Assembly (NCBI GenBank): GCA_018816865.1
Contig: JAHIUW010000023.1
Span: 1-64,000, forward strand
Length of the DNA stretch: 64,000 bases
Direction of reading: 5' to 3'
From: Pseudomonadota bacterium
GTDB taxonomy: Bacteria > Desulfobacterota > Desulfovibrionia > Desulfovibrionales > Desulfovibrionaceae
Below the pieces are notes generated by a model. It searched no databases. It worked only from the letters and a program-made list of their open reading frames with translations, and was not told where the DNA came from. The position numbers and the translations under genes were made by a program. Positions 1-7,885 of this stretch are shown one piece after another (position 1 is the stretch's first letter; each line of letters begins with the position of its first letter).

Positions 1-203
1 CTTCTTCCTCGTGGTCATGACGTTCTCCTGGCTTGAGGTTTCGGTGAAGTTTCGCAACTCCAGCCGTACCCCAACCAAGGGCGGCATGACCACGTTCACT
101 TTTGTGGCCAACTGTCAGGTGATAACCATCTCACTACAGTTGGTCTGCCCCATCGTAAGCCCGCCACCCCTGTTCCCAAGGATTGATCCATCGGCCACGC
201 CCC

Positions 204-1571
204 TCACCCCACCATGCGTTCCAGTTCCGGGCGCACCCGCTCGAACAGGCCCGCCAGCTCCACGCGCTCCAGCCCGGGCTGGTCTCCCTGGGCCTCGGGC
301 CAGATCAGCTGGGCCCGGCCCAGGCCGTCCACACGCAGCCGCAGCTTGAGGACCATGGCCCTGTCCAGCAGTTGGCCGTATTCGTCCGAGCCCAGGGTGG
401 GCAGTTCATCAAAGCCCAACTTCCGCACCTGGCAGGCCTGCCTGCGCAGTACATGCCCGGGCAGCCCGGCCAGGGCCCAATCCCGGATCGCCAATTGCCC
501 CACTAGGTCCCCCTGATCTTTGCCCAGGCGGCGGGGCACAGGCCAGCGCACGGCCTGGGGGTAGACCCTGTTCCAGGCAAATCTCCAGGCCCCGCGCGGA
601 GCAAAGTTCCAGGCCATGCGTGCCCCGGCCTGGTCGTTGTCCACCCCCACCAGGATCAGCTCGGCCCGGGTCAGGATCTCATGGGCCTCCTCATCCGGCG
701 CGTGCGAGGTGGAGCGCGTGGCCATCACCCCCAGGCCCAGGGCCCGCAGCTCCTGGAAGACCAGCATGGCGTCGCGCTCGGTCTCCAGCACCACCCAGTG
801 TCGCACCCGCGCCGGGTCGCCCAGCACCATGTAGCGGGTCTCGCTGCCCGGGATCTCGCGGTACTTGGAGCCCCCCTCATGTTCGGGCTCGTCCTGGCGG
901 ATCTTCAGCTGCACCACCTCCCCGTCAACGAACCAGGGCAGCACCAGCCCCGGCGGCAGGTAGATGCAGCGCTCGCGCCCCTGGTGGTTCTCGGCATAGG
1001 GCAGGCCCCAGCTGGTATAGGGCCGAAAGACCTTGTCCGGGTTCAGGCCCATGCGCAGCTCCCCGGCCGTGGTGCGCAGGATTCCCCAGCGCGTGCGCAG
1101 TTTCTCCAGGGCCTCGGCGTCCTGCTGCAACCGGGCCGCGCAATCCAGGGCAAAGGCCGTGGCCTTGGTCCGCCAGATCCGGGGCGCGAACTCCCTGCGC
1201 CGCGGGGCCCAGGCCTGGGGCGCCGCCCCCTCGATGCCCCGGCGCTGTCCGGGGCTCAGCTTGTGGCCCTGGCCAAAGGCCTTCACGAACAGCCTGAAGC
1301 CCTCGGGGTCGTCCTGGTCCCGGCCCTGGGTCACGTTCCACAGCCCGATCAGGTCCGCGCCCTGGCCGCAGGAATAGCAGTGGCCCCAGTCCCGCTCATA
1401 GTCGTAGCGAAAGGCCCCGCCCGGGGACCGCTCGCTGTGCAGCGGGCAATAGGCCCCCAGGGCCGTGGCCGTGCCGTGGCGTTGGCAGATCGCTTCCCCC
1501 ACGCCGCTCAGGATGTCCTGGGCGATGGCCTTGCGCTCCATGGCCGACAACAGCTCTAGTGCCGCCCCCAT
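204..1571 (-). CDS. Phage/plasmid DNA primase with CHC2 zinc-finger and TOPRIM domains (P4 alpha-like N-terminal module). Track ORF extends to 1598; the ATG at 1571 has a GGAGG RBS.
   Basis: CHC2 zinc-finger motif CPLHSERSPGGAFRY...GHCYSCG; acidic TOPRIM-like stretch LILVGVDNDQAG; a GGAGG lies 6 nt upstream of the internal ATG. Confidence 0.75.
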   Translation of the reverse strand: MGAALELLSAMERKAIAQDILSGVGEAICQRHGTATALGAYCPLHSERSPGGAFRYDYERDWGHCYSCGQGADLIGLWNVTQGRDQDDPEGFRLFVKAFGQGHKLSPGQRRGIEGAAPQAWAPRRREFAPRIWRTKATAFALDCAARLQQDAEALEKLRTRWGILRTTAGELRMGLNPDKVFRPYTSWGLPYAENHQGRERCIYLPPGLVLPWFVDGEVVQLKIRQDEPEHEGGSKYREIPGSETRYMVLGDPARVRHWVVLETERDAMLVFQELRALGLGVMATRSTSHAPDEEAHEILTRAELILVGVDNDQAGARMAWNFAPRGAWRFAWNRVYPQAVRWPVPRRLGKDQGDLVGQLAIRDWALAGLPGHVLRRQACQVRKLGFDELPTLGSDEYGQLLDRAMVLKLRLRVDGLGRAQLIWPEAQGDQPGLERVELAGLFERVRPELERMVG

Positions 1572-1598
1572 CCCCCTACCTCCGGTGTTCTCGGTCAA

Positions 1599-1917
1599 GG
1601 TCGATGAGCGCGGGCGCGCCCGGGCCCCAGACCATGGCCCCAGACCTTTGTGCCCTGTTTCCGTAGACCTTTGTCATGGTGTTTTCCTCGCTATTTCGCA
1701 GGCTTGTTTCCAGGCCCAGACCTTGGAGACCTTTGGCCCGACCCTTCTTCCCTTTTTTCATTTCCCTCTTCTTCTCTCTTTCCTTTCTCATTTCTTTTCA
1801 GAATAAGGTCTAAAAGGTCTAAAAAGAGCAAAGAGGGGAGTTCAACACGCCGGAATCCTGTTCCTTTTTCAGCCAGACCTTGACGCTGCCAAGGTCGATC
1901 CCATCCTCTGCCAGGGT
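1599..1917. promoter_or_regulatory. Iteron-like repeat region between the primase and helicase genes; candidate replication origin or regulatory region of the integrative element.
   Basis: At least seven copies of AGACCTT(T)G or its reverse complement AGGTCT, e.g. agacctttgt twice, agaccttgg, agacctttgg, and aggtctaaaaggtctaaaa; plus a roughly 100-nt CT-rich tract. Confidence 0.5.
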
Positions 1918-3942
1918 CTAGTCCCGGGCCTCGTCGTCCTGGCGCTCGCCCAGGGTCCTGCGCCAGTCCTCCTTCAGGCGCAGGCCGTGATATTCCACGA
2001 TATTCGTGCGCCGCGAGCGGAAGCGGGTCTTCATGTCCGTGCCCCACTTGCGTTGGGACTGGACCATCTTCACGGGGATGGATTTCTCGGTCACGCACCA
2101 GAATTTGAAGCTCTCGTACAGGGCCTTGGACTGCTCGAAATTGTCCGCCGGGTGGTTCACGCAGTTCTCGATCCACTCGCCCACCAGGTCCTGTTCCGCG
2201 GTGTATTCCTCGGTCTCGGCCATGACCCCGGCCGGGGCCGCCAGGTCCTCCTCGCGCAGATAGCGGTGGGCGCAGCGCACCAGATAGGCCAGGATCCCCG
2301 GCCCCTCGGCCCGGTACTTGCGCTCCACGTCCTTCATGTTTCCGGCCTGGTAGATGTGCTTGGCCGGGTCCAGCAGCGAGCGGTCGCGCGTGAACTTGGC
2401 CCGAAACGGGATCAGCCGCAGCCTGCGGTAAAAGGCCGGGTCGTTGCCCTTGCACTCGGGCATGTAGTTGGTGTGCAGCAGGATCTTGGCCGTGTTGTGG
2501 AAGTCCACCAGGTCCGCGAACAGCCCGCGCGCGGACATGGTGTCCCCGCCGGTCAGGCTCTTGATGGTCGAGACGTTGAACTTGGAGCCTTGCTCGGCCT
2601 CGGAGAAGATGGCCAGCCGCAGGCCCATCAGCTTCATCAGCTCCGGGTCCGGGCCCCCGCCCTTGCGCATCTCGGTCAACAGCGACACGGGCACGGTCTC
2701 GGCCATGTCGCCCATGACCCAGGCAATGGTCTCGCACCACGAGCTCTTGCCGTTGTCGTGGGTCGGGCCATAGGCCGCCCAGAGCTGCTTGTGGCTCAAA
2801 AGCCCCGTGACCATGTAGCCCAGCACCCGGTCCAGGTAGTCCACTAGGTCCGGGTCGTAGCACATCATGCGCCACAGGCTCTCCTCAAAAAACGGGGCCT
2901 CCAGGTGCGGGCCCAGGTACTCAATGGGCGAGGCTTGGCGGATGTACTGCTCGGGTCGGCCCGGGTGCAGACGCATGGTCTCCAGGTCGATCACCCCGTT
3001 GGCGCAGGCCAGCAGGGTGGGGTGGCGGTCCCAGATCTCGCTGGTCACCCCCAGGGTCCCGCGCCCGGCCACGGCGGTCTGCAGGATCTTGCGCACCACG
3101 GGCAGGCGGCGCAGGTCGTCGGCTCGCGAGCTGTAGGGTTTCACCGCGGCCACAAGGTCCTTGTGCTCGGGGCTGCCGGGCTTGAGCCCGTCCCTGATCC
3201 GCTCCTGGATGCCCTTGCGCCGGCGGATGGCCTCGCGCTCAAAGGGCAGGGCCAGATCCATGACTTGGCGCTGGGCGTCGCGGTACTCGTCGGGTCGCCA
3301 GCGGATCCCGTCAAAGATCATCCAGTGGTCGCTCTTCTGGCCGTCGGCCTTCTTGGTCACGTCCAGCTCGCAGCAGATCCGGTCCCGGACCTTGGCCATG
3401 TACAGTTCGGCCAGGCCCAGGTCGCTGCGGTTGATGGCCGCCTGCAGCTCCTTGGCCGAGGGCGCCCAGTTCTCTTTGCCTGGGGCATCCTGCTGCTTGT
3501 TCTTCTTTTTGTCCTTATACCCCTGACCTGTGTCCGCGCCCCGGCCTGTGCCCGTGGGAGTGCCCTCACGCCCCTGACCTGTGTCCGTGCCCCGGCCTGT
3601 GCCCGTGGGAGTGTCCTCACGCCCCTGACCTGTGTCCGCGCCCCGGCCTGTGCCCGTGGGAGTGTCCAGACCGTCTTGGTCCTTGCCCGGAACACGGCCC
3701 CCTTGCTTGCCCTTCTTTCTGTCTCCGCGCTCCTTGTCTTGGCCAGTGTCCAGGGCCAGCATGGCCCGGCGCTCGTTCTCCACCTCGCCCAGGATCTCGG
3801 CCCGCAGCTCCTCGTCGCGCCACGCGCAAAGGTCAAACTCCCCCTTGCCCGAAACACAGCCCCGAGCGTCAAAGGCGTTTGGTCCCCTGGGCGCGTTGGT
3901 TACGTTGGACGCGTTGGTATGATCCTTTGAGGATTCAGGCAT
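1918..3942 (-). CDS. Phage/plasmid primase C-terminal D5_N/P4-family NTPase (helicase-like) protein. Probable start is the ATG at 3942, with an AGGGA RBS.
   Basis: Walker A GPTHDNGKSS. Conserved D5/P4 primase C-terminal region (VDYLDRVLGYMVTG...FNVSTIKSLTGGDTMSARGLF). N-terminal low-complexity repeat region. Confidence 0.8.
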   Translation of the reverse strand: MPESSKDHTNASNVTNAPRGPNAFDARGCVSGKGEFDLCAWRDEELRAEILGEVENERRAMLALDTGQDKERGDRKKGKQGGRVPGKDQDGLDTPTGTGRGADTGQGREDTPTGTGRGTDTGQGREGTPTGTGRGADTGQGYKDKKKNKQQDAPGKENWAPSAKELQAAINRSDLGLAELYMAKVRDRICCELDVTKKADGQKSDHWMIFDGIRWRPDEYRDAQRQVMDLALPFEREAIRRRKGIQERIRDGLKPGSPEHKDLVAAVKPYSSRADDLRRLPVVRKILQTAVAGRGTLGVTSEIWDRHPTLLACANGVIDLETMRLHPGRPEQYIRQASPIEYLGPHLEAPFFEESLWRMMCYDPDLVDYLDRVLGYMVTGLLSHKQLWAAYGPTHDNGKSSWCETIAWVMGDMAETVPVSLLTEMRKGGGPDPELMKLMGLRLAIFSEAEQGSKFNVSTIKSLTGGDTMSARGLFADLVDFHNTAKILLHTNYMPECKGNDPAFYRRLRLIPFRAKFTRDRSLLDPAKHIYQAGNMKDVERKYRAEGPGILAYLVRCAHRYLREEDLAAPAGVMAETEEYTAEQDLVGEWIENCVNHPADNFEQSKALYESFKFWCVTEKSIPVKMVQSQRKWGTDMKTRFRSRRTNIVEYHGLRLKEDWRRTLGERQDDEARD
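3520..3668. repeat. Near-perfect 3x51-bp in-frame tandem repeat inside the helicase gene, encoding (TGTGRGADTGQGREDTP)x3.
   Basis: Direct read: the unit cccctgacctgtgtccgcgccccggcctgtgcccgtgggagtg(c/t)cctcacg is repeated at 3520, 3571 and 3622. Confidence 0.9.
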
Positions 3943-4470
3943 CCCAGGCTCCCTTGCCGTTGAGGGTGACGCCGTCATAATTTGCTTGGCCGTCTGCCAT
4001 GCCATGAAAAATAGAGGTGATGGAGGTAACACGATCAGGCAGAAGAGTAGTCAGATTGGCCCGCCAGCTCGCGCGGTTCCATCTTTCCATTCCAAAATTG
4101 AAATTGATCCCGCACGCACTTCGTGCTGCTACCGACCCCTGTGGTTTAAGACCATGGGAAGTACCTACGATGTGTGGCCCTGTTGATTTTCGCGGGACTA
4201 GACCTTTCTTTTGTTCTTGTACTGAGGGGGGTGTGGGGTGTGGATGATTTTCACCCGCGTTGAAGCAGTGGTTGCGATCGCTGACGCTCTCGCATCCTTG
4301 AGATTTCGGTAGAGAATATGGGAGTGGCCAATCCGGTGTTGAGGGGACCGGTTTGGGGTCAAAAGTGGGGACAAAACGAGTAGGATATGGGAGCGGTTTA
4401 TGCTTCAGTTGAAGCCGGGAATCCCTTAAGTAAAGGGGCATCGAGGTCTCCCAGCCCGTGTCCTTGCTGC

Positions 4471-4563
4471 CTCTCACGTCGGCAGCAGGGGTTCAAACCC
4501 CCTTGGGGACGCCAACAAAAGCCATGAAAAGTCAGGTAGTTACGCTACCTGGCTTTTCTTCTT
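4471..4563. repeat. Repeat family 1, copy A: a tRNA 3'-half-like segment (T-arm, acceptor 3' strand, discriminator and CCA; 4485-4514) followed by a terminator hairpin (4527-4556). Candidate attR of the upstream element.
   Basis: aggggTTCAAACcccct T-arm, then tggggac-g-cca. No matching acceptor 5' strand or D-arm upstream, so not a full tRNA. Stem gtcaggtag/ctacctggc followed by TTTT. Confidence 0.6.
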
Positions 4564-4629
4564 TTGTGGAAGGGAGAGGTGGGGGCGCGGTGTGCACTCG
4601 TTATGCCGGGAACGGCGCGGTGCCGCGGT

Positions 4630-5667
4630 TCAGGGTGATTCCGGCGTCCACTGGCTGGCGAGTCGTTCGGCTTGGGCTATTTGGTCGGGAGTCATGGACT
4701 GCTCGATATCCTGCGCGATTTGTGCCGCGGCCTCGTTACCTCGCTGGGCTGCCAGCGTGAGCCACATCAAGGCTCGTACGGGGTGGGGGGCGACGCCATT
4801 TCCCTTGGCGTAGGCCAGCCCCAGGTGGAGCTGGCCGGTGGCGTCTCCCTGTTGAGCTGCCCTGTGATACCATAGGGCGGCCATCTCCTTGTCCTGCTCG
4901 ATGCCCTCGCCCAGGTCGTAGGAAACCCCCAGGTTGAATTGGGCCTCGGGACATCCTTGCTGTGCCGCCTCGCGATACCAATGCACGGCCATCTCCTTGT
5001 CCTGCTCCACCCCGTCGCCCAGGTCGTAGGAAACCCCCAGGTTGAGTTGGGCGTCGGTGTCTCCCCCCAGTGCGGCCTTGCGATACCAATGCACGGCTTG
5101 TTCTTTGTCTTGTTCCACGCCTGTGCCGGTGTCGTACATGACCCCCAGGTTGAGTTGGGCGTCGGTGTCTCCCCCCAGTGCGGCCTTGCGATACCAATGC
5201 ACGGCTTGCACCTTGTCCTGCTCTACGCCTTCGCCCAGGGCGTAGGAGACTCCCAGGTTGAATTGGGCGTTAGCATCTCCCTGAACAGCGGCTTCGCGAT
5301 ACCACTGCACAGCCTGGGCCTTGTCCTGCTCCACGCCTTCGCCCAGGTCGTAGGAAACTCCCAAGTTGAATTGGGCGTCGGCGTCTCCTCCCAGTGCGGC
5401 CTTGCGATACCACTGCACGGCTTGTTCTTTGTCTTGTTCCACCCCTGTGCCGGTGTCGTACATGACCCCCAGGTTGAATTGGGCGGTGGCGTTCCCTTGC
5501 TCGGCCGCCTGGCGATAATGTTTTACGGCGAGGGCGTATTCCCCTTGGCTGTAGGCCTTTTTCCCCTCTTGGTAAGGGTTTTGCGTGGTCGCGCAGGACG
5601 TCAGGGCCAGGGCGACAAGGATCAGGGCGCAAGGTGTCAGCAAGGCGGGGATAGTCCTGTTGCGCAT
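4630..5667 (-). CDS. Sel1-repeat (SLR/HcpA-like) lipoprotein with signal peptide and lipobox.
   Basis: About eight tandem AQ(F/L)NLGV(M/S)YxxGxGVEQDxxxAVxWYRKAA units. N-terminal MRNRTIPALLTPCALILVALALTSC; the 36-aa units are also nearly identical at DNA level. Confidence 0.85.
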   Translation of the reverse strand: MRNRTIPALLTPCALILVALALTSCATTQNPYQEGKKAYSQGEYALAVKHYRQAAEQGNATAQFNLGVMYDTGTGVEQDKEQAVQWYRKAALGGDADAQFNLGVSYDLGEGVEQDKAQAVQWYREAAVQGDANAQFNLGVSYALGEGVEQDKVQAVHWYRKAALGGDTDAQLNLGVMYDTGTGVEQDKEQAVHWYRKAALGGDTDAQLNLGVSYDLGDGVEQDKEMAVHWYREAAQQGCPEAQFNLGVSYDLGEGIEQDKEMAALWYHRAAQQGDATGQLHLGLAYAKGNGVAPHPVRALMWLTLAAQRGNEAAAQIAQDIEQSMTPDQIAQAERLASQWTPESP

Positions 5668-6004
5668 GGGGGGGCTCCGTTGGGGCAAACAGTGTTTCGA
5701 GAATGAGGAACTAATAGCAAAGATTTCAGAATGTTTCGAGGAGGATTGGCCTGCCCCGTGCAATGTGTGCTCCGGGGAGGGGCAATGTGCGGGTGTGGCA
5801 GGGTGGGGGTTCCAACGCTGTCAGCGTATAAGTCTTCCACGTTTGGGCAGCTCAACATGCTGCGATATTTGAGGATCTTTTGTTGGTCCGCAGGGGGGCT
5901 GATTTTGCCTTGCCATTTTTCCTCGTGCGTATATAGCCTCCGGGGGTATGATCTGGGGCTGCGTTCTGCCAAGCCCCTTCTCGTACGGGAAATACTGCAT
6001 AAGG

Positions 6005-7552
6005 ATGGTGCCGACAATGAGTGAAGAGACTGAACACAAGCTGCAAACACGCCATCTCTGCATGGACGATTACGAAGCCCTGCGCGGTATCTACAGGCGG
6101 GTCTACAAGGGGGTCGACACCCCGTGGACGCGGGAGCAGATCGCCCTGCTGATCAGCATCTTCCCCGAAGGCCAGGTGTGCATCGAGGACAATGGAGAGC
6201 CGGTGGCCATCGCCTTGTCCATGGTCATCGACTTTAGCCTGTTCGGCGACCAGCACACCTATAACCAGATCATTGGCAACGGCACCTTCAAGTCCCATGA
6301 CCCGGAAGGGGATTACCTCTATGGGATTGAGGTCTTCGTGGACCCGGAATACCGGGGCATGCGCCTGGGGCGTCGGATGTATGATGCCCGCAAGGAGATC
6401 GCCGAAAATCTCAATCTCAAGGGCATCCTGCTGGGCGGACGCATCCCCGGCTACCACAAGGTCTCAAGCGAGATGACGCCCCAGGAGTATATCCTCAAGG
6501 TCAAAAGTCGCGAGATCTACGACTCGGTGCTCACCTTCCAGCTTTCCAACGATTTCCATGTCCGCAACCTGCTCGATGATTACTGGCCGGGCGACCACCT
6601 CTCCCGCGGCAATGCCGTGCTCCTTGAATGGATCAACATCTACTACCAGAAGAAGACTCGACTGGTGGGGCGGACCAAGTCCATCGCTCGCCTCGGCGTG
6701 GTCCAATGGGAGATGCGCCGCTTCGACTCCTTTGACGACTTCATGCAGCAGGTGGAGTTCTTTGTGGACACGGTCAGTGCCTACAAGGCGGACATCATCC
6801 TCTTTCCGGAACTGCTCAACGCTCCGCTGATCCGCATGTACGAGGGCATGAGCCCGTCCGATGCCATGCGCCATTTGGCGGAGCACACCGCTGATATGCG
6901 CCAGGCCATGACGGACATGGCCCTGAGCTACAACATCAACATCGTGACCGGGAGCGTGCCGCAAGTTCAGGAAGACGGCACCCTACACAACGTCAGTTTC
7001 CTGTGCCGCCGCGACGGGACCTGGGACAGCCAGACCAAGCTGCACATCACTCCGGAAGAAGAATCTCACTGGGGTTTCACGGGTGGCCATGATCTGAAGG
7101 TCTTTGACACGGATGTCGGCAAGGTGGGCATCCTCATCTGCTACGATGTGGAGTTCCCGGAACTGGCGCGTTTGCAGACCATGAAGGGCATGAAGATGTT
7201 GTTGGTCCCCTTTTGGACCGACACCAAGACAGGCTACCTGCGGGTTCGGCGTTGCGCCCAGGCCCGGGCCATCGAAAACGAGTGCTTTGTGGCCATCTCC
7301 GGCAGCGTTGGCAACATCCCCAAGGTGGAGACCATGGGAATCCAGTATTCCCAATCCGCCATCTTCACGCCCTCGGACTTCCCCTTCCCCCATGACGCCA
7401 TCGCATCGGAGGTGACACCGGGCATTGAGACAACGCTGATTACCGATGTTGACCTCGACCTGCTCAAGGAGTTGCGCTCCCAGGGCAGCGTGCGCAACGT
7501 CACCAGCCGCAGGACCGACCTCTACGAACTGCGCTGGATCGGGGGCAAATAG
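6005..7552 (+). CDS. GNAT N-acetyltransferase fused to a carbon-nitrogen hydrolase (nitrilase superfamily). Start is 6005 or 6017.
   Basis: N-terminal acetyl-CoA-binding-like region (VFVDPEYRGMRLGRRMY). C-terminal region carries Glu (ILFPEL), Lys and Cys (ILICYDVEFPE) candidates for the nitrilase-superfamily triad. Confidence 0.8.
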   Translation: MVPTMSEETEHKLQTRHLCMDDYEALRGIYRRVYKGVDTPWTREQIALLISIFPEGQVCIEDNGEPVAIALSMVIDFSLFGDQHTYNQIIGNGTFKSHDPEGDYLYGIEVFVDPEYRGMRLGRRMYDARKEIAENLNLKGILLGGRIPGYHKVSSEMTPQEYILKVKSREIYDSVLTFQLSNDFHVRNLLDDYWPGDHLSRGNAVLLEWINIYYQKKTRLVGRTKSIARLGVVQWEMRRFDSFDDFMQQVEFFVDTVSAYKADIILFPELLNAPLIRMYEGMSPSDAMRHLAEHTADMRQAMTDMALSYNINIVTGSVPQVQEDGTLHNVSFLCRRDGTWDSQTKLHITPEEESHWGFTGGHDLKVFDTDVGKVGILICYDVEFPELARLQTMKGMKMLLVPFWTDTKTGYLRVRRCAQARAIENECFVAISGSVGNIPKVETMGIQYSQSAIFTPSDFPFPHDAIASEVTPGIETTLITDVDLDLLKELRSQGSVRNVTSRRTDLYELRWIGGK

Positions 7553-7580
7553 TCGCCAAGGGCCCTCCAGAGGGGCAGCC

Positions 7581-7670
7581 CTCCACGTCCGGCAGGGATT
7601 CAAACCCCCTTTAGGACGCCAGATACAATCACTGAAAAGCCAGAGAGTTACGCTCTCTGGCTTTTCTTAT
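7581..7670. repeat. Repeat family 1, copy B: tRNA 3'-half-like segment plus terminator hairpin.
   Basis: cagggattcaaaccccctttaggacgcca, then aaaagccagagagttacgctctctggcttttctt. About 85% identical to copy A. Confidence 0.6.
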
Positions 7671-7885
7671 TTCAAATTTTTCAGAAACGAAGGACCAGTC
7701 CGCGATCGTGGGGCACCAGACTTTCCATTCACTCCCCATTCGCATAGAGAGGTCCATGCCCATGGACAAGCCGCGACGCCCCCAGGTGGGTTTGGCCCTC
7801 GGTCCTGGCCCTGGTTCCTGGCCGAGCATCCTGCGAGAGTCTCAAATCAATGCAATCCCCGGTTCGAATCTGGAGAGTCACCAAG

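Noticed and set aside
620-1559. Long plus-strand ORFs (620-1297, 681-1559, 925-1341, etc.) overlapping the primase gene.
   Set aside because: Pro/Arg/Ala-rich low-complexity translations are typical of wrong-frame reads in >60% GC DNA. The minus-strand ORF has clear primase motifs.
3935-4477. A 180-aa minus-strand ORF between the helicase gene and repeat copy A.
   Set aside because: It has no RBS or start context, its composition is unlike neighbouring genes, and it runs into the tRNA-like repeat. More likely a non-coding att-proximal or regulatory region. A small excisionase or regulator hidden here cannot be excluded.
4446-4514. A possible complete tRNA gene ending ...GGTTCAAACCCCCTTGGGGACGCCA.
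   Set aside because: Only the T-arm and acceptor 3' strand fold. The upstream 40 nt give no acceptor 5' strand or D-arm, and the length (69 nt to CCA) is too short. I interpret it as a tRNA 3' fragment (an att remnant). The same holds for the copies at 7593 and 11229.
4900-5500. Periodic near-identical roughly 108-bp DNA repeats that could be mistaken for a CRISPR-like array.
   Set aside because: The repeats are in-frame 36-aa Sel1 units inside one continuous ORF. There are no spacers and no cas genes.
7850-7885. A tRNA-like T-loop GGTTCGAATC followed by ...TCACCA, upstream of the ankyrin gene.
   Set aside because: No pairable T-stem or acceptor stem. Probably a chance match within the leader or signal-peptide coding region.
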